From an uncultured OM43 clade bacterium (lineage in GTDB: Bacteria > Pseudomonadota > Gammaproteobacteria > Burkholderiales > Methylophilaceae): a stretch of DNA of 64,000 nt. Made by a program: the position numbers and the translations under genes. Below are positions 1 to 8,090 of the stretch, in pieces. The stretch's first letter is position 1, and each line of letters starts with the position of its first letter. Location: the NCBI GenBank assembly GCA_902558495.1, contig CACEEB010000001.1:5884-69883 (forward strand). The letters run 5' to 3'. The notes below the pieces were generated by a model. It saw only the letters and a list, made by a program, of their open reading frames with translations. It was not told where the DNA came from and searched no databases.

Positions 1-188
1 AGATTCAGCTTACTGATGCTATCAAGGTTATGTTAAATGATTTGCCAGTATTTGCATATCAATTTGAGGGAACACGATATGATTGTGGAGATAAGCTTGG
101 GTTTATAAAAGCCAATATTGAATATGCATTAAAAAATGAAAAATTCGGAAATGAGTTAAAGGAATACCTTAAGCGAAGACTAGCTTGA
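1..188 (+). CDS. galU: UTP-glucose-1-phosphate uridylyltransferase, 3' end (partial)
   Basis: Frame from nt 3 reads IQLTDAIKVML...FEGTRYDCGDKLGFIKANIEYAL, the typical GalU C-terminus. Its TGA (186-188) overlaps the next ATG. Confidence 0.9.
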   Translation, partial: IQLTDAIKVMLNDLPVFAYQFEGTRYDCGDKLGFIKANIEYALKNEKFGNELKEYLKRRLA

Positions 189-727
189 TGAAGACTAATG
201 AGCTTATTGCAAATTCAACAATAGTCTACAAGCATGAGGAAATTATTGATTCGATTTCCAATCTAGCCTCTAACCTCAATGAAACTTACCATAACAAGCA
301 CGTAATAGTACTCCCAGTAATGAACGGTGCTTTACCTTTTGCAGGATATTTACTTCCAAGATTAGATTTTGATATGGAGCTTGATTATGTTCATGCCTCT
401 CGATACGAAAATAATAAAGGCGGAGATCAAATAAAATTGATTTATGAGCCTCAACAAAACAAACTTGAAGGTAAATATATTCTCCTATTAGACGATATTT
501 TAGATGAGGGACACACCTTAAGATATATTAAAGAAAGATTAACAAAATATAACCCATCGTCTGTTGAGACTGCAGTTTTATTCGATAAGCTTATTGATAA
601 GCAAAAACCCCTAGATGCTGATTATGTTGGGTTAAAAGTCCCAAATTTTTATGTGTATGGATTTGGTTTGGATTTTGATGGAATAGGGCGTAATATGCCC
701 CACTTATATGCCTATAAAACTGAATAA
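188..727 (+). CDS. hpt: hypoxanthine-guanine phosphoribosyltransferase
   Basis: PRPP-binding motif ILLLDDILDEGHTL and VYGFGLD. ATG at 188 is coupled to the galU stop (TGATG). Confidence 0.88.
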   Translation: MKTNELIANSTIVYKHEEIIDSISNLASNLNETYHNKHVIVLPVMNGALPFAGYLLPRLDFDMELDYVHASRYENNKGGDQIKLIYEPQQNKLEGKYILLLDDILDEGHTLRYIKERLTKYNPSSVETAVLFDKLIDKQKPLDADYVGLKVPNFYVYGFGLDFDGIGRNMPHLYAYKTE

Positions 728-735
728 CTATCTGA

Positions 736-2991
736 ATGGAAAATAAGAAAAATAATAGAAAGATTAGAGATCGTGACCCACAAAAAGCCCGCGAAATGGC
801 TCAGTACGAAAACCCAATTCCCAGCAGAGAATTAATACTTGAGGTAATGGCCGAAATAGGCGTACCTATTAAAAAAAATGACCTAGTTTCAGTTTTAGAA
901 ATTCAAGAAGAGGAATTAATTTTTTTTGAAAAACGCATAAGGGCCATGTCTAGAGAGGGACAAATTCTTATCAACCGTAAAGATGTTCTTTGTATTGCAA
1001 CTAAATTGAGCTTAATAGCTGGAAGGATTCAAGGACATCCCGATGGTTTTGGATTTTTGATACCGGATAATAAAGAAGATAAAGATGTATTTTTATCTCC
1101 TAGAGAAATGTCCAAAGTATTTAATAACGACCGAGCAATGATTCAGGTAACTGGGGAAGATAGAAAGGGAAGGCTTGAAGGAACTATTATAGAAGTTCTA
1201 GAAAGGGCAAATAATATTATTGTAGGAAGAGTGATTCAAGGTAATGGAGTGACTATAGTTGCGGCGGAAGATAAGAGAATCAATCAAGATATTTTAATAC
1301 CCTACAACCTTGATTTAAATGCTGAAGAAGGACAGGTAGTTGAGGTAGAAATTACTACACAACCGAGTATTCGTGAAAAGCCGATGGGTAAAATTATAAA
1401 AATACTTGGAAGCTATGCTGATAGTGGTATTGAAATTGAAATTGCTTTAAGAAAACATCACTTACCTTATGAGTTCTCAAAAGAAGCAATGAATCAAGCA
1501 AATCAATATGGATCAGAGATTGATCCTAAGGAAATAGCTGGAAGAATTGATTTAAGACAATTGTCTTTAATTACGATTGACGGCGAGACAGCTCGGGACT
1601 TTGATGATGCTGTTTATGCTGAACCATCAAAAGACGGATGGAGACTTATCGTTGCTATTGCCGACGTAAGTGCTTATGTAAACATGGGGTCAAATCTTGA
1701 TGAGGAGGCTTTAGAGAGAGGTAATTCGGTCTATTTCCCGAGAAGGGTTATTCCAATGCTACCTGAATCATTATCAAATGGATTATGTTCTTTAAATCCA
1801 AATGTTGATCGTCTTTGCATGGTTTGTGACATGAATATTAGTGACTTAGGGAAGGTTACCTCTTATACATTTTATCCCTCTGTGATGCAATCGAAGGCAA
1901 GACTGACATACACAATAGCGGACGAAATACTCAACAAACAAAATGAAGAGTTGAAAGAAAAGTACCAACATATTTATGAAAATTTAGAAAATCTTCATAG
2001 TATTTTTAAATTACTTTTTAGTCAGCGAAAAAAAAGAGGTGCATTAGAGTTTGATTCAACTGAAACTTCAATCATCTTTGATGCTAATGGCAAGATTGAT
2101 CATATTAAACCTATTTATCGAAATGAGGCTCACCGCATTATTGAGGAGTGCATGTTGGCAGCAAATGTCTGCTCTGCTGAATTTTTACAAGAAAAAGAGG
2201 TTGATGCCTTATTTAGAAATCATGAAACACCATCGGAAGAGAAATTGGAAACCCTTAGAGGTTTTCTTATTGAATTTGGATTATTTTTGGATGGAGGAAA
2301 CTCACCAACCGTCAAACATTATGGTCAATTAATAAAGCAAATATCAAGTCGCCCAGATGCCCACTTGTTGCAAACAGTGGTATTAAGATCAATGCAACAG
2401 GCTGTCTATAGTAATCAAAACAAAGGGCATTTTGGCCTTGCTTATGAGTCATATACACATTTCACTTCTCCAATAAGGAGATATCCAGACTTAATTGTGC
2501 ATAGAGCCATAAAAGCAAAAATTCAAAAAAAGAAATTAAAAATAAAAGATATCGAACGACTTGGTGAGCACTGTTCAGGAACGGAAAGACGTGCCGATGA
2601 TGCTACGCGTGATGTTGAATCATGGCTTAAGTGTTATTTCATGCAAGATAAAATTGGTGAGATATACGAGGGTACTGTATCAGGCGTCACTGGGTTTGGA
2701 TTGTTTGTTGAGTTAGATGGAATTTTTATTGAGGGATTATTACATGTAACTGAACTTGGTAATGATTATTTCACTTTTGAAAAAAGTAAACACGCTATGG
2801 TTGGGGAGAGAACCCACCTATCCTATAGATTGGGTGATCGATTGAAAGTTAAGGTAGTTAGAGTAGATATGGAAACATCAAAAATAGATCTTTCATTGAT
2901 GAATGTTAATAATGGAAAATCCAAAAAAATTAAGAGTAGAAAAGACACAAATCACTTTTCAAAAAATAAAAGGGTAAGAAAAAGAAAGTGA
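736..2991 (+). CDS. rnr: ribonuclease R
   Basis: GHPDGFGF, TIDGETARDFDDA, HFTSPIRRYPDL, a C-terminal S1 domain and a basic tail. Confidence 0.97.
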   Translation: MENKKNNRKIRDRDPQKAREMAQYENPIPSRELILEVMAEIGVPIKKNDLVSVLEIQEEELIFFEKRIRAMSREGQILINRKDVLCIATKLSLIAGRIQGHPDGFGFLIPDNKEDKDVFLSPREMSKVFNNDRAMIQVTGEDRKGRLEGTIIEVLERANNIIVGRVIQGNGVTIVAAEDKRINQDILIPYNLDLNAEEGQVVEVEITTQPSIREKPMGKIIKILGSYADSGIEIEIALRKHHLPYEFSKEAMNQANQYGSEIDPKEIAGRIDLRQLSLITIDGETARDFDDAVYAEPSKDGWRLIVAIADVSAYVNMGSNLDEEALERGNSVYFPRRVIPMLPESLSNGLCSLNPNVDRLCMVCDMNISDLGKVTSYTFYPSVMQSKARLTYTIADEILNKQNEELKEKYQHIYENLENLHSIFKLLFSQRKKRGALEFDSTETSIIFDANGKIDHIKPIYRNEAHRIIEECMLAANVCSAEFLQEKEVDALFRNHETPSEEKLETLRGFLIEFGLFLDGGNSPTVKHYGQLIKQISSRPDAHLLQTVVLRSMQQAVYSNQNKGHFGLAYESYTHFTSPIRRYPDLIVHRAIKAKIQKKKLKIKDIERLGEHCSGTERRADDATRDVESWLKCYFMQDKIGEIYEGTVSGVTGFGLFVELDGIFIEGLLHVTELGNDYFTFEKSKHAMVGERTHLSYRLGDRLKVKVVRVDMETSKIDLSLMNVNNGKSKKIKSRKDTNHFSKNKRVRKRK

Positions 2992-3734
2992 GTGAAAAAA
3001 AGATTATTTATGGGTTTCATTCTATAACGAGTCGAATAAGACTGGATGTCAATTCAGTCAAGGAAATCTATCTTGATGAGTCAAGAAACGACGCTAGAAT
3101 GAATGACCTTCTAAAATTAATTAAGTTACACGATATTAATTATCATCTAAGCTCCAAAAACAGACTGGATGGCATGATACCAAACTCAAAACATCAAGGC
3201 GTCATTGCAAATATCATTGAGAATAAACAAAAATACATTACAGTTGAAGATATCGTTGAAGAGGGGGCAAAAGAGCCTTTATTATTTTTAATACTTGATG
3301 GTATCGAGGATCCTCATAATCTCGGAGCATGCTTTAGAGTTGCAGATGCAATGGGTGTTCACGCGATTATTTGTCCCAAAGATAATGCAGTAGGGGTAAA
3401 TGCAACTGTTCGCAAGGTTGCTTGTGGGGGTGCTGAATCAGTACCATTTATTGCTGTTACCAATATAGGTAGAACAATAAGGTATTTAAAAGAAAATGGC
3501 TTATTTGTCATTGGGACTGATGGGGAAACGAGAAAAAATATATATCAAGAAAATTTATCTGGACCTATTGCGATAGTATTAGGTTCAGAGGGTAAGGGAA
3601 TGCGCAGACTTACTCGTGAACTATGCGATACACTTGTTTCAATTCCAATGTTAGGTCAGGTAGAGAGCTTAAACGTTAGCGTAGCAAGTGGGATCTGTCT
3701 GTCTGAAATAAGAAGACAAAGAACACTATCCTAA
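2988..3734 (+). CDS. rlmB: 23S rRNA (Gm2251) 2'-O-methyltransferase
   Basis: SPOUT motifs DPHNLGAC, GSEGKG and ESLNVSVA; directly follows rnr. Confidence 0.95.
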   Translation: MSEKKIIYGFHSITSRIRLDVNSVKEIYLDESRNDARMNDLLKLIKLHDINYHLSSKNRLDGMIPNSKHQGVIANIIENKQKYITVEDIVEEGAKEPLLFLILDGIEDPHNLGACFRVADAMGVHAIICPKDNAVGVNATVRKVACGGAESVPFIAVTNIGRTIRYLKENGLFVIGTDGETRKNIYQENLSGPIAIVLGSEGKGMRRLTRELCDTLVSIPMLGQVESLNVSVASGICLSEIRRQRTLS

Positions 3735-3860
3735 TCTTATTTTAGGGAAATCTTTTCTCAATCTGTTTTTTTAAATTCTTTGTCTTCGCTTTTATGACGG
3801 GAGCGAAAAAATTCTTTATATCATCATAAAATTCACCTTCGATTATTTTGAGATCTGTTC

Positions 3861-3889
3861 TTGTAATGCGAATGATTCTCATTTACAAT
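3861..3889 (+). promoter_or_regulatory. sigma70-type promoter (TTGTAA-17-TACAAT) overlapped by a Fur-type box (3865-3883)
   Basis: AATGCGAAT-G-ATTCTCATT is a 9-1-9 inverted repeat with one mismatch, resembling the proteobacterial Fur consensus. It spans the 17-bp spacer between -35 (3861-3866) and -10 (3884-3889). Confidence 0.8.
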
Positions 3890-3916
3890 TAGAAAAAATT
3901 GTAATTAAGGAAAAAA

Positions 3917-4396
3917 ATGAACAACGTAAGTAATCAAGCGAAAAAATTTCTTGCAGAATCGGTATCCTCCTTCGGACTTGAAAGTTCGGAAATGATGGTT
4001 GTTTGGTCACTAAGACATTTTACAGATTGCATTTCATCCAATGAGAACCCAAGAGATTTGTTTTCTTTATGCACAGAGCAACACAATCTACCTGATATTA
4101 CTTTTATATTCGAAGAAATAACCTTTGCGATAAAAGTTGGTGCAACAGAAAAAGGGGTGATTGGAGGAGAATTCTGTAATCATCTTCATTACGGAGAGTA
4201 TAAGACATTAGCAGCATTGTATTTTTTGCAAAATGATAATTATGCGAGTGCTAGAGAATTATTCTCATCCTGGCTCAAACCAGAGGAATCAAGGATTGTT
4301 TATAAATTAATGATTTCTTTATCAATTATCCTTGAAAAAGCAGATCTACTTATTCCACCAAGAAAAGAATTTCAATCTGTGTGGAGACCTCACTAA
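3917..4396 (+). CDS. hypothetical protein, first gene behind the Fur-type box
   Basis: 159-aa ORF with an AAGGA SD. No recognisable catalytic motif; contains a CxHxH cluster (FCNHLHYGE). Confidence 0.8.
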   Translation: MNNVSNQAKKFLAESVSSFGLESSEMMVVWSLRHFTDCISSNENPRDLFSLCTEQHNLPDITFIFEEITFAIKVGATEKGVIGGEFCNHLHYGEYKTLAALYFLQNDNYASARELFSSWLKPEESRIVYKLMISLSIILEKADLLIPPRKEFQSVWRPH

Positions 4397-4415
4397 ATTA
4401 ATTAAAGGAAAAAGA

Positions 4416-5042
4416 ATGGCTAATAGTAGTGTAAGGAAAAAACCAAAAAATAAATTATCTAGACAAATGGGCGAAAATATTTGGGGTCGTGAAAATTGCC
4501 CAACAGCAAACCGTGTTTATGGTCCTGGTCAACATGGACCAAAAGGAAATAGAAGAAGAAGTGATTATGGTGTTCAACTTCGAGAAAAACAAAAACTAAA
4601 AGGTTATTACGGCAATATCGGAGAAAAGCAGTTCAGAAATATTTTTAAAGAGGCTTTTGCTAAAAAAGGTGATACGAGTGAAAACCTTTTAATATTATTG
4701 GAATCACGACTTGATGCGATAGTTTACCGATCAAATTTTGTTGCTACTGTTTTTGCTGCAAGGCAATTTATCAATCATAAGCATGTAAGAGTAAATGGGA
4801 CAATAGTCAATATCCCGTCCTATCGTTGTAAGCCAGGAGATATTGTTGATATAAAAGAAAAAAGTAGGAACCTTGGCTTTGTAATTGAATCTACTACTAA
4901 ATTGGAAAGAGATGTGCCTGAATATCTCAATCTTGACTTAAAAACCTTTAGTACGACTTACACCAGGTTTCCTTCATCGGATGAAATACCTTATGCAACT
5001 ATTATGAGTCCTAAGGATGTTGTGGAATTCTACAGTCGCTAA
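4416..5042 (+). CDS. rpsD: 30S ribosomal protein S4, stand-alone alphaproteobacterial-type form lacking the four-Cys motif
   Basis: YGPGQHG, SDYGVQLREKQKLKGYYG, LESRLDAIVYR, AARQFINHKHVRVNG and the C-terminal VEFYSR. True start is ATG 4416 after AAAGGA (the ORF track start at 4332 is too long). Confidence 0.95.
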   Translation: MANSSVRKKPKNKLSRQMGENIWGRENCPTANRVYGPGQHGPKGNRRRSDYGVQLREKQKLKGYYGNIGEKQFRNIFKEAFAKKGDTSENLLILLESRLDAIVYRSNFVATVFAARQFINHKHVRVNGTIVNIPSYRCKPGDIVDIKEKSRNLGFVIESTTKLERDVPEYLNLDLKTFSTTYTRFPSSDEIPYATIMSPKDVVEFYSR

Positions 5043-5064
5043 TTAAAATATTAAAAGGAAAATT

Positions 5065-5511
5065 ATGAAAAGTATTAAGTTATATGCAATGTTATTTTTA
5101 TTAGCATTTTATGGGAACGCAATTTCAGCTGATCATGTAGTCAAAATGTTAAATGGAGCACCTCCTAACATGTTTGTATTTGATCCTCCTGTTATAAAGA
5201 TAGCAGTTGGAGACACTGTCACATGGGATGGTGATGCAATGCATAATTCTGTATCTATTGAAACTATGCTTCCAGCGGGAGCAAAACCATGGTCTGGAAA
5301 ACTCACTATGAAACCAGGCGAGAAGTCCATTACTGTGAAGTTTGATGTAGAGGGTGTGTACGGATATAATTGCACGCCACACGCCATGCTTGGTATGGTT
5401 GGAATAGTAGTAGTAGGTGATCCATCCTCTAATTTAGATGCAGCAAAAAAGGCGGTCGAAACTCAAGCTGGTGGAAAAGAAAGATTCATGAAATATTTGT
5501 CTGAAATTTAA
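5065..5511 (+). CDS. pseudoazurin-like blue copper protein with signal peptide
   Basis: Signal peptide followed by HVVKMLN, FDPPVIKIAVGDTVTW and HNS. Type-1 Cu ligand loop YNCTPHAMLGM. Confidence 0.9.
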   Translation: MKSIKLYAMLFLLAFYGNAISADHVVKMLNGAPPNMFVFDPPVIKIAVGDTVTWDGDAMHNSVSIETMLPAGAKPWSGKLTMKPGEKSITVKFDVEGVYGYNCTPHAMLGMVGIVVVGDPSSNLDAAKKAVETQAGGKERFMKYLSEI

Positions 5512-5524
5512 GATAAGTATAATC

Positions 5525-5556
5525 AAAAAAAAGGACTCTAATTAGAGTCCTTTTTT
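5525..5556. terminator. bidirectional intrinsic terminator
   Basis: A8-GGACTCTAA/TTAGAGTCC-T6, between the convergent pseudoazurin and tRNA-Asn genes. Confidence 0.9.
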
Positions 5557-5559
5557 ATT

Positions 5560-5635
5560 TGGCTCCCCAACCTGGGCTCGAACCAGGGACACATGGATTA
5601 ACAGTCCATTGCTCTACCGACTGAGCTATTGGGGA
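5560..5635 (-). tRNA. tRNA-Asn (GTT)
   Basis: Reverse complement is TCCCCAATAGCTCAGTCGGTAGAGCAATGGACT-GTT-AATCCATGTGTCCCTGGTTCGAGCCCAGGTTGGGGAGCCA, 76 nt with encoded CCA. Confidence 0.97.
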
Positions 5636-5698
5636 ATAATCGTAGGGTGAGATGATAAGCAGAAATTACATTCTGGTCAACCAATCTCACACTTTTTT

Positions 5699-6904
5699 TT
5701 AACCTTCTACCGCTTGTTTAATTCTCTTCATTGATTCAACAAGATTTTCCATGGAGGTTGCAAAAGATATCCTAAAGTAGCCACTAAGCCCAAAGGCTGA
5801 TCCAGGCACAACTGCAACACCTTGGCTTTCAATAAGGTATTCCGTAAGTGATAAATCATTGGCTTCTTTTATTTTTTTGTTATCAAACAAATTATTAATA
5901 GCTTTTTTAGCATCGATAAATGCATAGAAGGCACCTTCTGCTGGTATACATTTAAAACCATCAATATTATTAAGTTTTTCTACAACAAAATCATGCCTTT
6001 CCTTGAATGCTTTGATCATTGGCAGCATGCATTCCTTACCCCCATTTAATGCCGCCTCAGCAGCTACCTGGGAGATAGATGTTGGATTTGAAGTTGATTG
6101 TGATTGTAACTTGCTCATAGCTGCAATAATTAATTTAGGACCAGCAGCAAAACCAATCCTCCAACCAGTCATTGAGTAAGCTTTTGAAACGCCATTCAAA
6201 ATAATTACTCGATCTTTCAGACTAGGTTCAATCATAAGGATGTTATTAAATGATTCTCCTGTTAAATTAATGTGCTCATAGATGTCGTCAGTACCTATAT
6301 AAATTTGAGGGTGGCGCATTAGGATATCAGCTAATGCTCTAAGCTCTGATTCACTGTATACGGCACCGGTTGGATTGGATGGAGAATTTAAAAAAATGAG
6401 CTTTGTTTTTTTGGTGATATTTTGTTCAAGTTGGCTGGGTGTCATCTTAAAGCTTTGATCGATATCACACTCCACAACAATGGGTGAGGCCCCTGTAAGA
6501 TTTACTATATCTGTGTAGGACACCCAATACGGTGCTGGAATAATAACCTCATCACCATGTTCCAAAATGGCAAGACAAAGGTTAAAAATACTTTGCTTGC
6601 CACCAACGCTAACAACAACCTCATCAATTTTGTAATCTAAACCATTATCTCTTTTTAATTTACTTAATACCGCTTGTTTTAAAGATGCAGTCCCAGAAAC
6701 AGGTGTGTACTTTGTAAACCCATTATTAATTGCTTTTATTGCCGCCTCTTTAATAAAGTCAGGTGTGTCAAAATCAGGTTCACCAGCTGCAAGTGCAATA
6801 ATATCCCTTCCTTCTGCTTTGAGTTTTATGGCTTTGGCTGTTATTGCAAGGGTGGGGGACTCTTCTATGCGGTTTACGCATGAGGATAGTGGTGACTTTG
6901 ACAA
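5699..6904 (-). CDS. PLP-dependent aspartate aminotransferase (class I)
   Basis: GEPDFDTP, NSPSNPTG and SKAYSMTGWRIG. Confidence 0.93.
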   Translation of the reverse strand: MSKSPLSSCVNRIEESPTLAITAKAIKLKAEGRDIIALAAGEPDFDTPDFIKEAAIKAINNGFTKYTPVSGTASLKQAVLSKLKRDNGLDYKIDEVVVSVGGKQSIFNLCLAILEHGDEVIIPAPYWVSYTDIVNLTGASPIVVECDIDQSFKMTPSQLEQNITKKTKLIFLNSPSNPTGAVYSESELRALADILMRHPQIYIGTDDIYEHINLTGESFNNILMIEPSLKDRVIILNGVSKAYSMTGWRIGFAAGPKLIIAAMSKLQSQSTSNPTSISQVAAEAALNGGKECMLPMIKAFKERHDFVVEKLNNIDGFKCIPAEGAFYAFIDAKKAINNLFDNKKIKEANDLSLTEYLIESQGVAVVPGSAFGLSGYFRISFATSMENLVESMKRIKQAVEG

Positions 6905-6979
6905 ATTTATTCCAAGCTTAAGATTTAATTAATAGTTAATTTTACTGAAAAAAATCTTTTTAACAAATAAAAATTATAT

Positions 6980-7987
6980 CTAACAGTTGGTTTTACAATT
7001 AATGATCTCATCTAATTCGTCGGCTCTTGCAGGATTGAGATTATTTAAGGATGCATGAATTTTTATCGCTTCTTCTTTTAATCCTAATTTGTTATTGATG
7101 ATTCCCATGCGAAACAGGGCGTCAGAATTATTTTTATCAATAGCAAGTGATTTTTGATAAGCCACCAGAGCTTTATCATCTTTGAGAAGCATTTCATGTG
7201 CATATCCATGTTCGTACCAGGCTTCTGTATTATCTTTTTCTTCAGATACCCACTCTTCAGTAACTTTAATGAAATTCACCCAGTCTTCTTTAACTTTTGG
7301 AATAGCTATTTTTAAAAAGAAGGGTTTATCATCTTCATTTTCTTCCCAAAGAGCTTTACCAGTGATGGGAAATTCTTTTTCCATCGGCTGTTTTCTAAGT
7401 TGGTGAATCCATTCAGCAGGCATAGAAAAGTAAGAGCCATAACCTGTAGTTTTGAAGGTATTGATCCCTACAAGATTACCCTCCATATCAAAAAGACCGC
7501 TTCCACTAGCCCCCAATCTGAATTTAGCAGAACTTAAAATAATTCTCCCATTTTCCATATCGTAGGTTGATATCATGTAGCCTCCTGTTGTTAAGGGGAC
7601 TGGAGAACCATTAGAATGACCAATCCCTGCCAATTCCTGCCCTTTTATAAGGTCTTTGCTGTTACCTATAGGAACAGGCTCTCTATTGAGTTGAAACAGG
7701 GTAAGAAGGCAAAGATCTTGCCATCTATTGGCTTGGACTCCTTCTATCGAATAAGAAGTATCGCCTTGGGAGACCCAAGGCTTCTCTGTTCTTCTTAAAA
7801 CGTGACAATTGGTAATAACTTCATTTTTTCCGACAATGACCCCGGATCCGTATGCTAGAGAACCACTTTCGGTATATCCCCTGATCATTACAACGGAGGA
7901 CCATGCATTCATTAATTTAGCTTGATCGTAGGCGTTTGCATTGGAGGTGATTAGTAAAAGGAGAAGAATTTTGTAGACAATAGGCAT
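6980..7987 (-). CDS. secreted trypsin-like (S1) serine protease with C-terminal TPR
   Basis: Signal peptide, catalytic motifs TNCHV, DLCLL and GASGSGLF, then TPR-like helices (EAWYEHGYAH, DALFRMG). Confidence 0.85.
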   Translation of the reverse strand: MPIVYKILLLLLITSNANAYDQAKLMNAWSSVVMIRGYTESGSLAYGSGVIVGKNEVITNCHVLRRTEKPWVSQGDTSYSIEGVQANRWQDLCLLTLFQLNREPVPIGNSKDLIKGQELAGIGHSNGSPVPLTTGGYMISTYDMENGRIILSSAKFRLGASGSGLFDMEGNLVGINTFKTTGYGSYFSMPAEWIHQLRKQPMEKEFPITGKALWEENEDDKPFFLKIAIPKVKEDWVNFIKVTEEWVSEEKDNTEAWYEHGYAHEMLLKDDKALVAYQKSLAIDKNNSDALFRMGIINNKLGLKEEAIKIHASLNNLNPARADELDEIINCKTNC

Positions 7988-8090
7988 AATAATTTTCTTA
8001 TTGTAATTTTTATCATATTACAAGACTGTAAATAAACATTAAAGTTCTCAACCCTGTTAAAATTATTTTTTTTAAATTGAAGTTATTCCA

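Noticed and set aside
3785-3810. TTCGCT...AGCGAA hairpin as the terminator of a RyhB/PrrF-like sRNA
   Set aside because: The stem is short and there is no U-tract directly after it on either strand, so an sRNA cannot be supported.
3742-3882. 46-aa minus-strand ORF MRIIRITRTDLK...
   Set aside because: Its ATG and first codons are simply the Fur-type box read backwards, a common artefact, and it has no SD.
3865-3883. Zur box interpretation of the operator
   Set aside because: It lacks the TGTTA...TAACA core and matches the Fur AATGA(T/G)AAT-N-ATT(A/C)TCATT pattern much better.
4332-4415. 28-aa N-terminal extension of S4 in the ORF track
   Set aside because: It overlaps the upstream gene, and a good SD precedes ATG 4416.
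8026-8040. LexA box upstream of uvrB (CTGTAAATAAACAT)
   Set aside because: The spacing is wrong and the right half-site does not match CTG-N10-CAG.
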